Made by a program: the position numbers and the translations under genes
Source: an uncultured Demequinaceae bacterium
GTDB taxonomy: Bacteria > Actinomycetota > Actinomycetes > Actinomycetales > Demequinaceae
NCBI GenBank assembly: GCA_964610155.1
Contig: CAZSUY010000007.1
Coordinates: 15,376-79,375 of the forward strand
DNA: 64,000 nucleotides
Reading direction: 5' to 3'
The notes under the pieces: generated by a model
Database searches by the model: none
What the model saw: only the letters and a program-made list of their open reading frames with translations
What the model was told of the DNA's origin: nothing
Shown: one piece after another, positions 1 through 12,373 of the stretch
How positions within the stretch are numbered: the stretch's first letter is position 1
Layout of the letters: each line of letters begins with the position of its first letter

Positions 1-500
<500 letters not shown>

Positions 501-657
501 TCACACCGGAATATGCTGGTGCGGGTTCGAGGTATGGATCTGTGCACACCCACGTGCGCCGTCCCCGTACGGGACGGGGAACCGAGAATCAGGCTACTAC
601 GAATGCTGTGTGGAGTGCTCGTGACAAAGGTCCCCCAGGAACTCCGTGGAGCCACCT

Positions 658-1638
658 TTACCGGTCGAACATATCCGCCCCAAGGGCGGCCTCAGTATCC
701 GGGATACGCAACTCCTCGGCTCGCTTGTCCGCAGTGGCGAGGAGGCGTCGGATCCGACCCGCGATCGCATCCTTCGTGAGGGGAGGAATGGCAAAGGTCC
801 CCAACTCTTCCAGGGAGGCCTCCCGGTGTTTGAGGCGTAACTCTCCGGCCTCCCTCAGGTGGCATGGAATCTCGTCCCCAAGGATCTCGAAAGCCCGAGC
901 GACGCGCGCCCCAGCCGCGACCGCCGCGCGCGCGCTACGTCGTAGGTTGGCATCATCGAAGTTCGCGAGCCTATTCGCGGTCCCCCGCACCTCGCGGCGG
1001 GTCCTCTTCTCCTCCCACTCCAAAACGGAGTCGTGCGCCCCAAGTCTGGTGAGAAGCGCGGCGATGGCGTCCCCGTCACGGATGACGACCCGGTCCACCC
1101 CACGAACCTCCCTTGACTTCGCGGGGATGCCTAGGCGTCTCGCAGCTCCGACGAGAGCGAGCGCGGCCTCTGGTCCCGGCGACGTCACCTCAAGGGCGGA
1201 TGAGCGCCCGGGTTCGGTGAGGGAGCCGTGGGCGAGGAAGGCTCCCCTCCAGGCCGACACGGTGTCCTCAATGGTTCCACCAACCACCTGGGGTGGGAGC
1301 CCCCGCACCGGGCGCCCCCTGTGGTCGAGAAGGCCGGTCTGCCTTGCAAGAGACTCCCCTTCCTTGACCACACGGACGACGTAACGGTTGCCCTTCTTGA
1401 GGCCACCCCCTGACACCACGATAATCTCGGACGTGTGTCCGTAGGTTTCCTGGAGGAACAGGCGTAGGCGTCTGGCCCCGGCAGCGGTGTCCAGTTCGGC
1501 CTCTATGACAATACGACCGGAGACGATGTGGAGACCGCCGGCGAAGCGAAGCATGGTGGCCACCTCTGCCTTGCGACAGGAGACCTTCTCGACGGCGACG
1601 CGGGCCAACTCGTCCTTGACCATCGCCGTCAGCGCCAT
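658..1638 (-). CDS. whiA: sporulation/cell-division transcription factor WhiA
   Basis: 326-aa ORF ([14 protein letters not shown]...) typical of the WhiA family. It holds the conserved position between the yvcK-like gene and gap. Confidence 0.9.
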   Translation of the reverse strand: MALTAMVKDELARVAVEKVSCRKAEVATMLRFAGGLHIVSGRIVIEAELDTAAGARRLRLFLQETYGHTSEIIVVSGGGLKKGNRYVVRVVKEGESLARQTGLLDHRGRPVRGLPPQVVGGTIEDTVSAWRGAFLAHGSLTEPGRSSALEVTSPGPEAALALVGAARRLGIPAKSREVRGVDRVVIRDGDAIAALLTRLGAHDSVLEWEEKRTRREVRGTANRLANFDDANLRRSARAAVAAGARVARAFEILGDEIPCHLREAGELRLKHREASLEELGTFAIPPLTKDAIAGRIRRLLATADKRAEELRIPDTEAALGADMFDR

Positions 1639-1653
1639 GGGGCTATCCTGCCA

Positions 1654-2604
1654 CTACTTTCTGGCGCACTCTCCTCCATGAATCAGGCCGAAGGCCTCCC
1701 GGTAGGCATCGGCGAGGAGCTTTGGATCGTGCCGATCGACGGTTCCCTCCCGGAGCATGGCCCGGACGACGGTCCGCGCACCCAAATCTTCGATCAGGGC
1801 ACGAAGGCCTGGATCGTCAATATGGCTCTCGTCAACGATGACGACCGCAGGGTGGAAGTCTGGAGCCACCCGTCGAAGGGCGTTGAGGTCATCGAAGCGC
1901 CCCATCCCGATCGTTTCATCGTCCTCGTGCGCGATATTCAGCGACACGATGCTCCTCGATCCGGCAAGACTCAGTTCTTTCGCGACGGGTGCGACCAGGA
2001 AATGCGGGAGAACGGAGGAATACCAACTCCCAGGCCCAAGGATCACATGGTCTGCCTCGGCGATTGCGGCAAGGGTCTCTTTTGGAACCTTTGGGGTCAC
2101 GGGGTCTAGCCACACCCTTGAAATTCGACCAGGTGCGGTCGCAACGGCAACCTGACCCGTCACCTCCCGGACACCATCCTCAAACTCCACGTCTGCGCTG
2201 ATCTGGAGAGCTTCGCTTGCCAATGGAAGGACCCTGCCCTGGGCCCGTAGAAGTCGAGCAACCCAGTCGAGTCCCTCTATCACGTCTCCCGTCCGGCTCC
2301 ACAAGCCAGCGATCAGCAAATTGCCCAACGCATGGCCGTTGAGGGCTCCCTCCGTCGAGAATCGGTGTTGAAGCACGTCGCGCCACAGGAATCCCCACTC
2401 CGTGTCCTCGCAGAGCGCTGCCAGAGCCATGCGGAGATCCCCTGGCGGTGGGACGTGTAACTCGTCCCGGAGCCTTCCAGACGAGCCTCCGTCGTCGGAT
2501 ACAACAACGATCGCTGTCAGGTCCGTGCAAAGGGATCGAAGGGCGGAAAGCGAGGCGTAGAGTCCGTGCCCACCGCCTAGCGCAACGATTCGAGGCGACG
2601 TCAC
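1654..2604 (-). CDS. YvcK/CuvA-like gluconeogenesis factor (UPF0052, CofD-like fold)
   Basis: 316-aa ORF with VALGGGHGL...SDDGGSSGRLR...PPGDLR motifs. It has a 4-nt overlap with rapZ, giving the conserved rapZ-yvcK-whiA order. Confidence 0.85.
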   Translation of the reverse strand: MTSPRIVALGGGHGLYASLSALRSLCTDLTAIVVVSDDGGSSGRLRDELHVPPPGDLRMALAALCEDTEWGFLWRDVLQHRFSTEGALNGHALGNLLIAGLWSRTGDVIEGLDWVARLLRAQGRVLPLASEALQISADVEFEDGVREVTGQVAVATAPGRISRVWLDPVTPKVPKETLAAIAEADHVILGPGSWYSSVLPHFLVAPVAKELSLAGSRSIVSLNIAHEDDETIGMGRFDDLNALRRVAPDFHPAVVIVDESHIDDPGLRALIEDLGARTVVRAMLREGTVDRHDPKLLADAYREAFGLIHGGECARK

Positions 2605-3527
2605 GCAGACTCGTCAAGATCTCGATGCGCGACATGGACCCGGTAGCCGCGTGCGCCTAGTCGCACCGCAACGTCCTCGGCGACTGCGACTGAGCGATGT
2701 CGGCCACCGGTGCACCCGATGGCGACGGCGACGAAGTGCTTATCGTGAGCCTGGAACCGATCGAGCGCTACGGCGAGGAGGGTCACGAGGGCCTCGACAA
2801 ATTCTTCAGCCCCCCCTGACTCGAGCACATATCGCCGCACCGATTCGTCTAGTCCGGTAAGCGGTCGAAGGTCGGCGATCCAATGAGGGTTGTCGAGGAA
2901 GCGGACGTCTGCGACATAATCGGAATCAACCGGCACCCCGTTTCGATAGCCGAACGAAAAGACGTTAACGACCAGCTCCGCTTCACGATCAGTGCCTATC
3001 TCCGCGATAAGCCGTTCCGTGAACTCCCGGACTGTCGTCTCACTCGTATCGATGACAATGTCCGCACGTTCGCGCGCCTCCGCGAGCAATTCTCTTTCTC
3101 GGCGGATACCATCAAGGAGAGTTCCTTCGCCCTGAAGTAGGTTTGGACGCCTGATCACCTCGAATCGACGGACGAGTGCCTCGTCCGTTGCATCGAGAAA
3201 GATCACTCTCGGAGACATCCCAGCCTGTCTGAGATCATCAAGAACGGCCTCAAGGTCCGAGAAGAGACGACCGCCTCGAACATCTGCGACCGCCGCTAGG
3301 CGTCCATGGCCTTCTCGCGCGACAACCCCCACAACCTCAGTGAGCATCGACGGGGGAAGGTTGTCGACGACGTACCAGCCAAGGTCACTCAGGACATCGG
3401 CGGCCTTGCTTCTCCCCGCCCCAGACATGCCAGTGACCACAATCACCTCAGGCACCTTCTCTAGCTGTGGTACCGGGACGCGGGGGAGTCCTGAAGGATA
3501 GGTATTGGCCGAGGCCTTGTCGTTCAT
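2601..3527 (-). CDS. rapZ: RNase adapter protein RapZ (YvcJ family P-loop NTPase)
   Basis: 308-aa ORF with P-loop GMSGAGRS and C-terminal GCTGGRHRSV motif. It has a 4-nt overlap with the uvrC stop. Confidence 0.9.
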   Translation of the reverse strand: MNDKASANTYPSGLPRVPVPQLEKVPEVIVVTGMSGAGRSKAADVLSDLGWYVVDNLPPSMLTEVVGVVAREGHGRLAAVADVRGGRLFSDLEAVLDDLRQAGMSPRVIFLDATDEALVRRFEVIRRPNLLQGEGTLLDGIRRERELLAEARERADIVIDTSETTVREFTERLIAEIGTDREAELVVNVFSFGYRNGVPVDSDYVADVRFLDNPHWIADLRPLTGLDESVRRYVLESGGAEEFVEALVTLLAVALDRFQAHDKHFVAVAIGCTGGRHRSVAVAEDVAVRLGARGYRVHVAHRDLDESA

Positions 3528-5398
3528 GGCTCCAGCATGCCATCCTCGGGGCGTAAGGCCGATAAGACGGCGCGGGCGGTATTCGCTCCAATACCGGAGA
3601 CAAGGGCGATCTGCTCGATCGACGCCGCCCGAAGACGTTCGACCGATCCAAAGTGGCGGATGAGCGCCCTCGCCCTTGTGGCTCCGATCCCGGGAATCTC
3701 GTCAAGGGAAGATGCCGTCATCGCCTTCGATCGTTTCCCCCGGTGCTTCCTAATGGCGAAGCGGTGCGCCTCGTCTCTCACTTGCTGGAGGAGGTAAAGA
3801 GCCTGGGAGCCTCTTGGCAGGACTATCGGGAACTGCTTCCCCGGCAACCAGACCTCCTCCAGTCTCTTGGCGAGGCCACAAACGGCCACCTCAACCCCGA
3901 CTTCGGACAGGGCGCGGCTCGCCGCGGCGACCTGGGGCTCTCCCCCATCGACGACGACAAGCTGGGGGGGATACGCGAATCGGGACTCCTCCCTCTCGGC
4001 CGCAGGTAGGCGAGACTCTTCGAGGTATCGGGTGAAGCGCCGAGTGATCACTTCGTGCATGGCCTCTGTGTCGTCCCTGGCCGACCTCACGCTGAATTGT
4101 CGGTACTCCTTCTTTCGAGGCAGGGCATCCTCGAATACCACCATCGAGGCCACCTGGTTTTGACCTCCCGTATGGGAGACGTCATAGCACTCGATCCGCA
4201 AGGGAGCTTCGTCCAGCTGGAGGGTGTCCTGAATCTCGTTTAGGGCCGCGGAACGGGCATTGAGATCTGTTGCCCTCTTAAGCCTGTGCCTCGCGAGGGC
4301 CTCCACGGCGTTCGTCGTTGACGTCTCCGCGAGATCGGCCTTCGGCCCCCTCGATGGGACCCGGAGGTTCACGGCGGAACCCCTGATGCCGGCAAGCCAC
4401 TCTCCCACGACGGGTGGTGGTGTCGCGGGTACCAGCACCTCGGGCGGAACCTCCGGCGCGGCCGGCCCGGAATACGCTTCCTGAAGGAGCAGGGAGACGA
4501 TCTCCCCTACCGAGAGTGGATCCGGTTTATCGATGATCCAAGCCGTCTCCCCCACGACCTGACCGTCCCGAACGTGAAAGATGTGCGCGGCCGCTTCATA
4601 CTCGTCGTCAGCCAGTCCTATGACATCGCATGAAACCCCAGGAGCGAGCACGACGGAGTTTCTATCAAGGACGGTTGTGAGGGCGACGAGGCGATCCCTG
4701 GCCTTCGCGGCCGCCTCGAACCGCTCCTCGCGGGAGGCCTCCTCCATTGCCTCCGTCAGGTCGCGCACCAACCCCTTGGCGTTTCCCGCGAGAACTGCGC
4801 ACACCTGTGCGGCGAGGGCGCGGTGCTCCTCTAGCGTGACCCTACCGACGCAAGGCGCGGAGCATTTTTCGATGTGGGCGAGCAAGCATGGACGCCCCGA
4901 GCGCTGCGCCCGAGAAAGGATTTGGTTCGAACAGGAACGCACTGGTAGGGCGATGAGGAGAGTGTCGAGCGTCTGTCGGATCGCCCACACCTTCGCATAG
5001 GGCCCGAAATATCGAGTCCCCTTGCGTCTCGCATCTCTGGTGACGAGGATGCGCGGGATCTCCTCCCCCAGGGATACGGCGAGAAATGGATAGGACTTGT
5101 CATCCTTGAAGGCCACATTGAATTGCGGGTCATACTCCTTGATCCAGGAATGCTCCAGGACGAGTGCTTCCACATCCGAGTTGACGACGGCCCAGTCGAC
5201 GGATGCCGCCGTCGTCACCATGGCCCTGGTTCGGGGGTGAAGGGTGTCGGGATCCTGGAAGTAGGAAGTCAGCCTGTTGCGAAGGCTTTGGGCCTTGCCG
5301 ACGTAGACGACCTTCCCGTGGGGGTCCCGGAACCTGTAGACACCCGGGCGCGTGGGGACGCTTCGCGGTGGGGGCCGATACAAGGCCGGATCGGTCAC
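3524..5398 (-). CDS. uvrC: excinuclease ABC subunit C
   Basis: 624-aa ORF with an N-terminal GIY-YIG region (GVYRFRD...VVYVGKA) and a C-terminal helix-hairpin-helix region (IPGIGATRARALIRHFGS). Confidence 0.95.
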   Translation of the reverse strand: MTDPALYRPPPRSVPTRPGVYRFRDPHGKVVYVGKAQSLRNRLTSYFQDPDTLHPRTRAMVTTAASVDWAVVNSDVEALVLEHSWIKEYDPQFNVAFKDDKSYPFLAVSLGEEIPRILVTRDARRKGTRYFGPYAKVWAIRQTLDTLLIALPVRSCSNQILSRAQRSGRPCLLAHIEKCSAPCVGRVTLEEHRALAAQVCAVLAGNAKGLVRDLTEAMEEASREERFEAAAKARDRLVALTTVLDRNSVVLAPGVSCDVIGLADDEYEAAAHIFHVRDGQVVGETAWIIDKPDPLSVGEIVSLLLQEAYSGPAAPEVPPEVLVPATPPPVVGEWLAGIRGSAVNLRVPSRGPKADLAETSTTNAVEALARHRLKRATDLNARSAALNEIQDTLQLDEAPLRIECYDVSHTGGQNQVASMVVFEDALPRKKEYRQFSVRSARDDTEAMHEVITRRFTRYLEESRLPAAEREESRFAYPPQLVVVDGGEPQVAAASRALSEVGVEVAVCGLAKRLEEVWLPGKQFPIVLPRGSQALYLLQQVRDEAHRFAIRKHRGKRSKAMTASSLDEIPGIGATRARALIRHFGSVERLRAASIEQIALVSGIGANTARAVLSALRPEDGMLEP

Positions 5399-5407
5399 AT
5401 CGAAAGC

Positions 5408-8245
5408 CTACGTCGCGCGCTTCTGGGACAAGACCCTCGACAAAAATTGTCCTGTGTAACTCTCGGCATCCTTAGCCACCTTCTCGGGAGGCCCTTCGGC
5501 GATGACGAGGCCTCCCGCCGAGCCTCCCTCCGGGCCGAGATCGACGACCCAGTCCGCTGACTTGATGACGTCGAGGTTGTGTTCGATGACGATAACGGTG
5601 TTGCCCTTGTCGACGAGGCTCTGAAGGAGGGCGAGGAGCTTGCCGACATCCTCAAAGTGCAGGCCCGTGGTTGGCTCATCGAGGACGTATGCGGTCCGAC
5701 CTGTTGAACGCCGCTGAAGTTCGGATGCCAGCTTGACGCGTTGTGCCTCCCCACCTGAAAGGGTCGGGGCAGGCTGCCCCATCCTGACGTACCCAAGCCC
5801 TACCTCGACGAGGGTCTTGAGGTGCCGGGAGATCGCAGGTATGGCCGTGAAGAAATCGGCCGCCTCCTCGATGGGCATATTCAAAACATCCGCGACCGTC
5901 TTGCCCTTGAAGTGGACCTCAAGGGTCTCCCTGTTGTACCTCGACCCATGGCATACCTCGCACATCACATAGACGTCGGGAAGAAAGTTCATCTCGATCT
6001 TGAGTGTCCCGTCTCCGTGGCACGACTCACATCGACCGCCCTTGACGTTGAAGGAGAACCTGCCGGGCCCATACCCACGGACCTTTGCCTCAGGCGTGTC
6101 GGCGAAGAGCGTGCGGATCTTGTCCCAAACCCCCGTATAGGTGGCGGGGTTAGACCGCGGGGTGCGACCGATCGGACCCTGGTCGACGTGGACGATCTTG
6201 TCCAGGTTCTCCGTCCCTGCGATCCGTGTATGTCTCCCCGCAACCCGGCGTGCGCCATTGAGGGTGTTGGCTAGGGCCGTGTACAGGATCGTGTTGATGA
6301 GTGTGGACTTTCCGGAACCAGATACTCCTGTCACTGCAGTTAGTAGTCCGAGGGGGAACGAGACGTCGATGTCCCGAAGGTTGTGCTCCCTCGCCCCGAC
6401 GATTGTCAGCCACCGGCCATCGGCCGGACGCCTCGTCTTCGGCATGGGAATGGAGCGCCGTCCCGCGACGTAGTCGCCTGTTATGGAGTCCACGTTCTCC
6501 AGGAGGCTCGCGAGTGTGCCAGAGTGAACGATCCGGCCCCCGTGCTCGCCAGCGCCTGGACCGATGTCGACGATCCAGTCCGCCGTCCGGATCGTCTCCT
6601 CGTCGTGTTCGACGACGATGAGGGTGTTTCCGAGGTCCCGGAGCCTGGTCAAGGTCTCGATGAGGCGTCGGTTATCCCTTTGGTGGAGACCGATACTGGG
6701 TTCGTCGAGGACGTACAGGACTCCGACGAGTCCCGATCCAATCTGGGTCGCCAGCCGGATACGCTGAGCCTCGCCGCCCGAGAGGGTTCCTGCCGCCCGA
6801 GACAGCGCTAGATAGTCGAGCCCGACGTCAAGGAGGAATCCCAGCCTTGCGTCGATCTCCTTTAGCACCTGGACGGCTATTTGCCGTCCCCGCTCATCAA
6901 GTTCAACCTCAGCCAAGAATCTCCGAACCTCGGAGATGGACAACTCACACAGTGCGGAGATGGACATGCCCCCGACCGTGACGGCCAGGACCTCCGGTTT
7001 GAGGCGGGCCCCGTTGCATACGGCACAGGGGATCTCCCGCATGTAGGACTCGAGTCTGGTGCGCGAGTAGTCGGATTCTGTTTGGGAGTGAAGACGCTCA
7101 ATCCAGGAGATCACCCCCTCGAAGCCGGTCGTGTAGGACCTCTCCCGGCCGTACCGGTTCTTGAACCGGACGTGTATCTGGTAGTCCTTTCCCCGAAGGA
7201 CGGCTTCCTGAGCCTGCTCGCTCAGATCCTTGAAGGGGACATCCATCGAGATCCCAATGTCGTCCGCGAGGGCCTCGAGGGTCCTGCCGTAATACTCTGA
7301 CGAGGTTGTCGACCACGGGGCGAGGGCTCCCCCCCGCAGGCTTCGTTCCGGATCCGGCACGACAAGATCGGGATCAACCTCCAGCCGGACCCCAATTCCG
7401 GTGCACTCGGGGCAGGCCCCATACGGGGCGTTGAAGGAGAAGGTTCTGGGCTCGATCTCTTCGAGGGTGAGGACGTGGTCATTGGGGCAGGCCCTCTTCT
7501 CCGAATAACGCCGGATAGGCAAATCGCCATCAATGGGGTCGACGATGACGAGCCCTTCTGCGACCTTGAGGGCGGTTTCTATGGAGTCGGCCACCCGTTG
7601 GCGCATGCCTTCCTGAGCGACGAGCCGGTCCACCACCACTTCGATTGTGTGTTTGAGCTTCTTCTCCAGAGTCGGGGGCTCTGCCAGGGAGATTGGCTCT
7701 CCGTCTACGCGGGCCCTGGAGAAGCCCCTCTGCTGAAGGTCCTCGAATAGGTCCTGGTACTCACCCTTGCGTCCCCTTACTACTGGGGCGAGCACCTGGT
7801 AGCGGGTTCCCCCCGGGAGGGAAAGGACCGAGTCGACGATCTGTTCGGCCGTTTGTGCCTGGACCCGCTCACCGCACTCCGGGCAGTAGGGGGTACCGAT
7901 GCGAGCGTAGAAAAGTCGGAGGTAGTCGTATACCTCCGTAATGGTGCCGACCGTCGAGCGGGGGTTCCTGCTCGTGGACTTCTGATCGATCGATACCGCT
8001 GGCGATAGCCCCTCGATGAAATCGACATCGGGTTTGTCCATTTGACCCAAGAATTGACGGGCATACGCGGACAAGGACTCGACGTATCGCCGCTGCCCCT
8101 CGGCAAAGATTGTGTCGAAGGCCAGGGACGACTTCCCGGACCCGCTCAACCCGCTGAAGACGATGAAGGTGTTCCTGGGTAGGTCGAGATCCACCGATTT
8201 GAGGTTGTGTTCTCGGGCTCCACGCACGCTCAGAAGGTCATTCAC
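5408..8245 (-). CDS. uvrA: excinuclease ABC subunit A
   Basis: Two ABC modules ([22 protein letters not shown]) and CxxC zinc-finger pairs. The ORF stays open to 8344. However, UvrA N-termini begin near ...[10 protein letters not shown] and a LexA box lies at 8273-8288, so GTG at 8245 is preferred as the start. Confidence 0.9.
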   Translation of the reverse strand: MNDLLSVRGAREHNLKSVDLDLPRNTFIVFSGLSGSGKSSLAFDTIFAEGQRRYVESLSAYARQFLGQMDKPDVDFIEGLSPAVSIDQKSTSRNPRSTVGTITEVYDYLRLFYARIGTPYCPECGERVQAQTAEQIVDSVLSLPGGTRYQVLAPVVRGRKGEYQDLFEDLQQRGFSRARVDGEPISLAEPPTLEKKLKHTIEVVVDRLVAQEGMRQRVADSIETALKVAEGLVIVDPIDGDLPIRRYSEKRACPNDHVLTLEEIEPRTFSFNAPYGACPECTGIGVRLEVDPDLVVPDPERSLRGGALAPWSTTSSEYYGRTLEALADDIGISMDVPFKDLSEQAQEAVLRGKDYQIHVRFKNRYGRERSYTTGFEGVISWIERLHSQTESDYSRTRLESYMREIPCAVCNGARLKPEVLAVTVGGMSISALCELSISEVRRFLAEVELDERGRQIAVQVLKEIDARLGFLLDVGLDYLALSRAAGTLSGGEAQRIRLATQIGSGLVGVLYVLDEPSIGLHQRDNRRLIETLTRLRDLGNTLIVVEHDEETIRTADWIVDIGPGAGEHGGRIVHSGTLASLLENVDSITGDYVAGRRSIPMPKTRRPADGRWLTIVGAREHNLRDIDVSFPLGLLTAVTGVSGSGKSTLINTILYTALANTLNGARRVAGRHTRIAGTENLDKIVHVDQGPIGRTPRSNPATYTGVWDKIRTLFADTPEAKVRGYGPGRFSFNVKGGRCESCHGDGTLKIEMNFLPDVYVMCEVCHGSRYNRETLEVHFKGKTVADVLNMPIEEAADFFTAIPAISRHLKTLVEVGLGYVRMGQPAPTLSGGEAQRVKLASELQRRSTGRTAYVLDEPTTGLHFEDVGKLLALLQSLVDKGNTVIVIEHNLDVIKSADWVVDLGPEGGSAGGLVIAEGPPEKVAKDAESYTGQFLSRVLSQKRAT

Positions 8246-8272
8246 GGGACAATGGTACGTGTCAGAACCGAC

Positions 8273-8288
8273 TCGAACATATGTTCGA
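8273..8288. promoter_or_regulatory. LexA (SOS) box TCGAAC-ATAT-GTTCGA
   Basis: Perfect palindrome matching the mycobacterial/actinobacterial SOS-box consensus TCGAAC-N4-GTTCGA. It lies 27 nt upstream of the proposed uvrA GTG, inside the 97-nt divergent spacer shared with the YciI-like gene. Confidence 0.75.
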
Positions 8289-8342
8289 CCGGCGTGTCTC
8301 CCCATACCAGCACAGCAATGCCCTATACCCCAGAATGGTTCC

Positions 8343-8636
8343 ATGCCTACCTACATGATCGAATACGCCTACGATGATCGCTCCGAAGAGCGAATGTCCC
8401 ATCGATCCGATCACCTGGCCTACCTCAACGGCCTCGTCGTTGAAGGCACCATGCTCGCCTTCGGTCGATACGACGACGAGGGGGAACCCGGAGCCCTTCT
8501 CATCGTGAAGGCGAACGACCACGAGGCTGTCGAGGAGTTGATCCTCCACGACCCCTACGTTCTCGCAGGCCTGGTTCCCTCCCATCGCGTCCGGAGCTGG
8601 CCCATCATCTGGGGGGCGACTCGTGCGGAGGGCTAG
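8343..8636 (+). CDS. YciI-like family protein
   Basis: 97-aa product [16 protein letters not shown]...[10 protein letters not shown], typical of the YciI-like dimeric alpha/beta-barrel family. The track ORF (8112) has an Arg-rich extension antisense to uvrA, so it was trimmed to ATG 8343. Confidence 0.75.
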   Translation: MPTYMIEYAYDDRSEERMSHRSDHLAYLNGLVVEGTMLAFGRYDDEGEPGALLIVKANDHEAVEELILHDPYVLAGLVPSHRVRSWPIIWGATRAEG

Positions 8637-9640
8637 ATCGCCCCATCCCGCTTTCGGCCGAGGAAGGCTTTTCGCACTCGATGCCTGCTTCCGATGAGGC
8701 TCAAGACCGCGGTGACTGTGAGGGTGAGGATGATGAAGGCCAGAGACAACCCAATACCGATGTCCGGAACCGACTCGACAGGCTTGCCCCCGTTGATGAA
8801 CATCAAGCCGTTCTCATGTAGAGCGTGGAGAAGAAGTTTGAGCCCGATGAAGGAGAGCACGATCGCCAGGCCGTAGGAGAGGTAGATGAGGCGCCGCAGG
8901 AGGCCGTGGACGACGAAGTAGAGCTGCCGGAGGCCCATGAGGGCGAAAGCATTCGCGGCGAAGACGATGAACGGATCCGTCGTCAGGCCGAAGATGGCGG
9001 GAATGGAGTCGACGGCGAACAGCACGTCTGTCGAACCGATGGCGATCATGACCATAAGAAGCGGCGTCACGAGGCGTTTGCCGCGCTTCCGGACCATGAG
9101 TCTCGTCCCGTGGTATCGCTTGGATGACGGCAATATTTTTGCGAACTGACGCAAAATCCAGTTCTCTACGTACTCTTCTTCCTCCTCAATGCCACCACGG
9201 GCCACCCCGATTGCCGTCCATAAGAGGAAAATCCCAAAGACATAGAAGACCCACGAGAAGGTCGCGATCGCGGCGGCTCCGGCAAGAATGAAGAGCAATC
9301 GAAGGATGAGGGCCAGGACGATGCCGAACATGAGGACCCGTTGACGGTATATCTTTGGCACGGCGAATCTGGAGAGAATGACAAGGAAAACGAAGAGATT
9401 GTCGACCGAGAGGGACTTCTCGGTGACGTATCCCGCCATGAATTCGGCCGCGCTGTTGCCATCCCTCCACCAGATCATCGAGGCACCGAACAATACGGCG
9501 ATCACGATGTAGAAAGCCGACCACCAGGCCGCCTCCTTGAAGGATGGTTCGTGAGACTTCCGGACCTGGTAGTAAAACTCGAACGTCATCAGCCCGAGCA
9601 CAAGCCCGATTGTCGCGGCCCACTCAATGGTCAGAGTCAC
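8633..9640 (-). CDS. TerC family integral membrane protein
   Basis: Multi-pass membrane protein (VTEKSLSVDNLFVFLVI..., ...VDSIPAIFG...) characteristic of TerC/Alx/YkoY. The start was trimmed to GTG 9640 because the longer ORF would overlap the uvrB 3' end. Confidence 0.85.
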   Translation of the reverse strand: MTLTIEWAATIGLVLGLMTFEFYYQVRKSHEPSFKEAAWWSAFYIVIAVLFGASMIWWRDGNSAAEFMAGYVTEKSLSVDNLFVFLVILSRFAVPKIYRQRVLMFGIVLALILRLLFILAGAAAIATFSWVFYVFGIFLLWTAIGVARGGIEEEEEYVENWILRQFAKILPSSKRYHGTRLMVRKRGKRLVTPLLMVMIAIGSTDVLFAVDSIPAIFGLTTDPFIVFAANAFALMGLRQLYFVVHGLLRRLIYLSYGLAIVLSFIGLKLLLHALHENGLMFINGGKPVESVPDIGIGLSLAFIILTLTVTAVLSLIGSRHRVRKAFLGRKRDGAI

Positions 9641-9686
9641 GTCCCCAATACTAGGGTTGCGGCGCAGGTCGCCCGTACGCGTCGGA

Positions 9687-11756
9687 TTACGACGTGGCCT
9701 CGAGCATCTGCCGGAGTTCACGCTTCAGCTCGACGACCTCGTCCCGGAGTCGGGCCGCAAGCTCGAAGTGGAGTTCCTCAGCCGCGGCTCGCATCTGGGC
9801 GCTCAGGTCTTCGATGAGCGTTGTCAATTCCTCGGAGGCGGCTCCTCCCATGCGAGGCGCGCGCAATTGGGCTTGCCGGGAGGCCTTGCCTCCCCGTCTT
9901 CGGGAGCGAAGAACATCTTCTGTGTCGGCATCTTCGCGCGCGAGCATCTCGGCGATATCGCCGATCTTCTTCTGCAACGGGGCCGGGTCGATTCCGCGTT
10001 CCGTGTTGAATTCAACCTGGATTTCGCGTCGCCGATTCGTTTCATCGATGGCCCGTGCCATGGAATCGGTCACCTTGTCCGCATACATGTGGACCTCACC
10101 GGAGACATTCCTGGCCGCCCGGCCTATCGTTTGGATGAGGGAAGTGCCCGACCGAAGGAACCCCTCCTTGTCGGCGTCGAGGATCGACACCAGGGACACC
10201 TCCGGCAGGTCGAGACCCTCCCTTAGGAGGTTGATCCCGACGAGAACATCGAAACGTCCTTGACGTAGTTCACGGAGAAGCTCAACCCTCCGGAGGGTGT
10301 CGACGTCGGAGTGAAGGTATTCGACCCGGACACCCTTCTCGTTGAGGTACTCCGTGAGGTCCTCCGCCATCCTTTTCGTGAGGGTCGTGACGAGAACCCT
10401 CTCATTGACCTCGGTGCGCTTCCTTATCTCCTCCAGCAGATCATCGATCTGCCCGACGGTCGGCTTGACGATCACCTTGGGATCAACGAGGCCGGTTGGC
10501 CGGATGATCTGTTCAACCGCTCCATCCGCTATCGACAACTCGTAGGGTCCAGGAGTCGCGGAGAGGTAGACGGTCTGCCCGATCCTCTCCTGGAATTCCT
10601 CCCAACGCAGGGGCCTGTTGTCGAGAGCCGACGGGAGGCGAAATCCGTGCTCCACCAGGGTCCTCTTGCGTGAAGCATCGCCCGCCGACATGGCCCCGAC
10701 CTGTGGCACCGTCACATGGGATTCGTCGATGACCAGGAGGAAATCCTCCGGGAAGTAGTCGAGAAGGGTGTGAGGAGGCGTGCCGGGCTCGCGGTCCTCG
10801 ATGTGCCGGGAATAGTTCTCGATTCCCGCGCACATGCCGACCGCCCTGAGCATCTCCAGGTCATAGGTGGTTCGCATTCTCAGGCGCTGGGCTTCTAGTT
10901 GCTTGCCCTGCCCCTCTAGTTCATTGAGCCGCTCCGCCAGTTCAGCCTCGATCGCCCCGACGGCTCTCCTGATTCTTGGGGTACTTGCGACATAGTGTGA
11001 CGCGGGGAAGACCGCGGCCTGGTGCTGCTTGTTGAAAACCTCTCCCGTGAGGGGGTGGAGGGTATACAGAGCTTCGATGACGTCGCCGAACAGCTCGATG
11101 CGGATGGCGTACTCCTCGTTCACGGGGATGATCTCGATGGTGTCCCCTCGTACCCGGAAGGTTCCCCTGGCGAAGGCGATGTCGTTTCGGGAGTACTGGA
11201 TGGCGACGAATCGGCGCAGAAGGGTGTTCCTTTCGATCTTCTGGCCTACCTCGAGGAGGATCATTCCGCGGATATACTCCTCGGGAGTTCCAAGACCGTA
11301 GATGCACGACACGGTCGCGACAACGACCACGTCCCGACGGGTCAGAAGGGAGTTCGTAGCGGAGTACCGGAGGCGTTCGACCTCCTGATTGATCGAGGTC
11401 TCCTTCTCGATGTAGGTATCCGTCTGCGGTACATACGCCTCCGGTTGGTAGTAGTCGTAATACGAGACGAAGTACTCGACGGCGTTGTTCGGCAGTAGTT
11501 CGCGGAACTCATTCGTCAACTGCGCGGCGAGTGTCTTGTTGTGGGAGAGGACGAGGGCTGGCCTCTGAAGCCGCTCGATCAGCCAGGCCGTTGTGGCAGA
11601 CTTGCCCGTCCCCGTGGCCCCGAGGAGCACGACGTCTCGCTCCCCCGCCCTGACGCGAGCCTCGAGTTCATCGATGGCCTTGGGCTGATCGCCGGACGGC
11701 TTGAAATCCGAGACGACAAGGAAAGGCGCCTCGGAGCGCCTGAGGTCGAGAGTCAC
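9687..11756 (-). CDS. uvrB: excinuclease ABC subunit B
   Basis: 689-aa ORF with helicase motifs GATGTGKS and DESH, and a C-terminal UVR domain ([13 protein letters not shown]). Confidence 0.95.
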   Translation of the reverse strand: MTLDLRRSEAPFLVVSDFKPSGDQPKAIDELEARVRAGERDVVLLGATGTGKSATTAWLIERLQRPALVLSHNKTLAAQLTNEFRELLPNNAVEYFVSYYDYYQPEAYVPQTDTYIEKETSINQEVERLRYSATNSLLTRRDVVVVATVSCIYGLGTPEEYIRGMILLEVGQKIERNTLLRRFVAIQYSRNDIAFARGTFRVRGDTIEIIPVNEEYAIRIELFGDVIEALYTLHPLTGEVFNKQHQAAVFPASHYVASTPRIRRAVGAIEAELAERLNELEGQGKQLEAQRLRMRTTYDLEMLRAVGMCAGIENYSRHIEDREPGTPPHTLLDYFPEDFLLVIDESHVTVPQVGAMSAGDASRKRTLVEHGFRLPSALDNRPLRWEEFQERIGQTVYLSATPGPYELSIADGAVEQIIRPTGLVDPKVIVKPTVGQIDDLLEEIRKRTEVNERVLVTTLTKRMAEDLTEYLNEKGVRVEYLHSDVDTLRRVELLRELRQGRFDVLVGINLLREGLDLPEVSLVSILDADKEGFLRSGTSLIQTIGRAARNVSGEVHMYADKVTDSMARAIDETNRRREIQVEFNTERGIDPAPLQKKIGDIAEMLAREDADTEDVLRSRRRGGKASRQAQLRAPRMGGAASEELTTLIEDLSAQMRAAAEELHFELAARLRDEVVELKRELRQMLEATS

Positions 11757-12373
11757 CCTTTTACGTTAGTGCGCCCATGCGACAAGGGGACATGCTCCTT
11801 CCAGAAACGATCGACCTGTTTGTTGAGGGCGTAGACCGTCCCCGATCCGTCGAACACGACATCGGATTGGGCGGCGCGTTCCTTATCGGTCGCCTGTGCG
11901 GCAATTCGAGCCTCCGCCTGCTGCCTCGTCATCCCGCGCTCTTCAATCATTCTACGGATCCGCATGACCTTCGGCGCAGCCACCGTTGCCACTAGTTCGA
12001 ACTTGCCTCCCTGGTTGGTCTCCACCAGCAAGGGCACGCTGTGCACGACGACGTGGAAACCCTCCTCCTTCGCCTTGTGATCGGCCGCGAGGGCGAGCGA
12101 GAAGACGTAGGGGTGCACGATGGCGTTGAGGCGCTCAAGGCCGACGTCGTCTCCGAAAACGATGTCCGCAAGGGCGGTTCGGTCGAGCTCCCCATCTACG
12201 ACGAGAGCGTCGCCGAACTCCCTCGCGATGTCTGCCAATGCGGCGGAACCGGGTTTTACCGCTTCCCGTGAGAGGTCATCGTGGTCGACGACGCGCGCCC
12301 CCCACCACTCGAAGCGGCGGGCGGCGACCGACTTCCCGGAGGCGATCCCCCCGGTCAGCCCGATACGGGCCAT
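11753..12373 (-). CDS. coaE: dephospho-CoA kinase
   Basis: Starts [15 protein letters not shown] (P-loop). The ATG overlaps the rpsA TGA (ATGA). The 63-codon upstream extension in the ORF track is Arg-rich and lies inside rpsA. The product is the short single-domain form (206 aa). Confidence 0.9.
   Translation of the reverse strand: MARIGLTGGIASGKSVAARRFEWWGARVVDHDDLSREAVKPGSAALADIAREFGDALVVDGELDRTALADIVFGDDVGLERLNAIVHPYVFSLALAADHKAKEEGFHVVVHSVPLLVETNQGGKFELVATVAAPKVMRIRRMIEERGMTRQQAEARIAAQATDKERAAQSDVVFDGSGTVYALNKQVDRFWKEHVPLSHGRTNVKG

Noticed and set aside
661-676. TCGAACATAT decamer identical to the left half plus spacer of the uvrA LexA box, at the whiA 3' end
   Set aside because: The right half is CCGCCC rather than GTTCGA, and the site lies inside coding sequence. 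It is most likely coincidence.
9641-9686. Expected a yybP-ykoY (Mn2+) riboswitch upstream of the TerC-family gene
   Set aside because: Only 46 nt separate the TerC start from the uvrB stop. The sequence (including the adjacent uvrB 3' end) shows none of the conserved riboswitch helices or motifs I remember.
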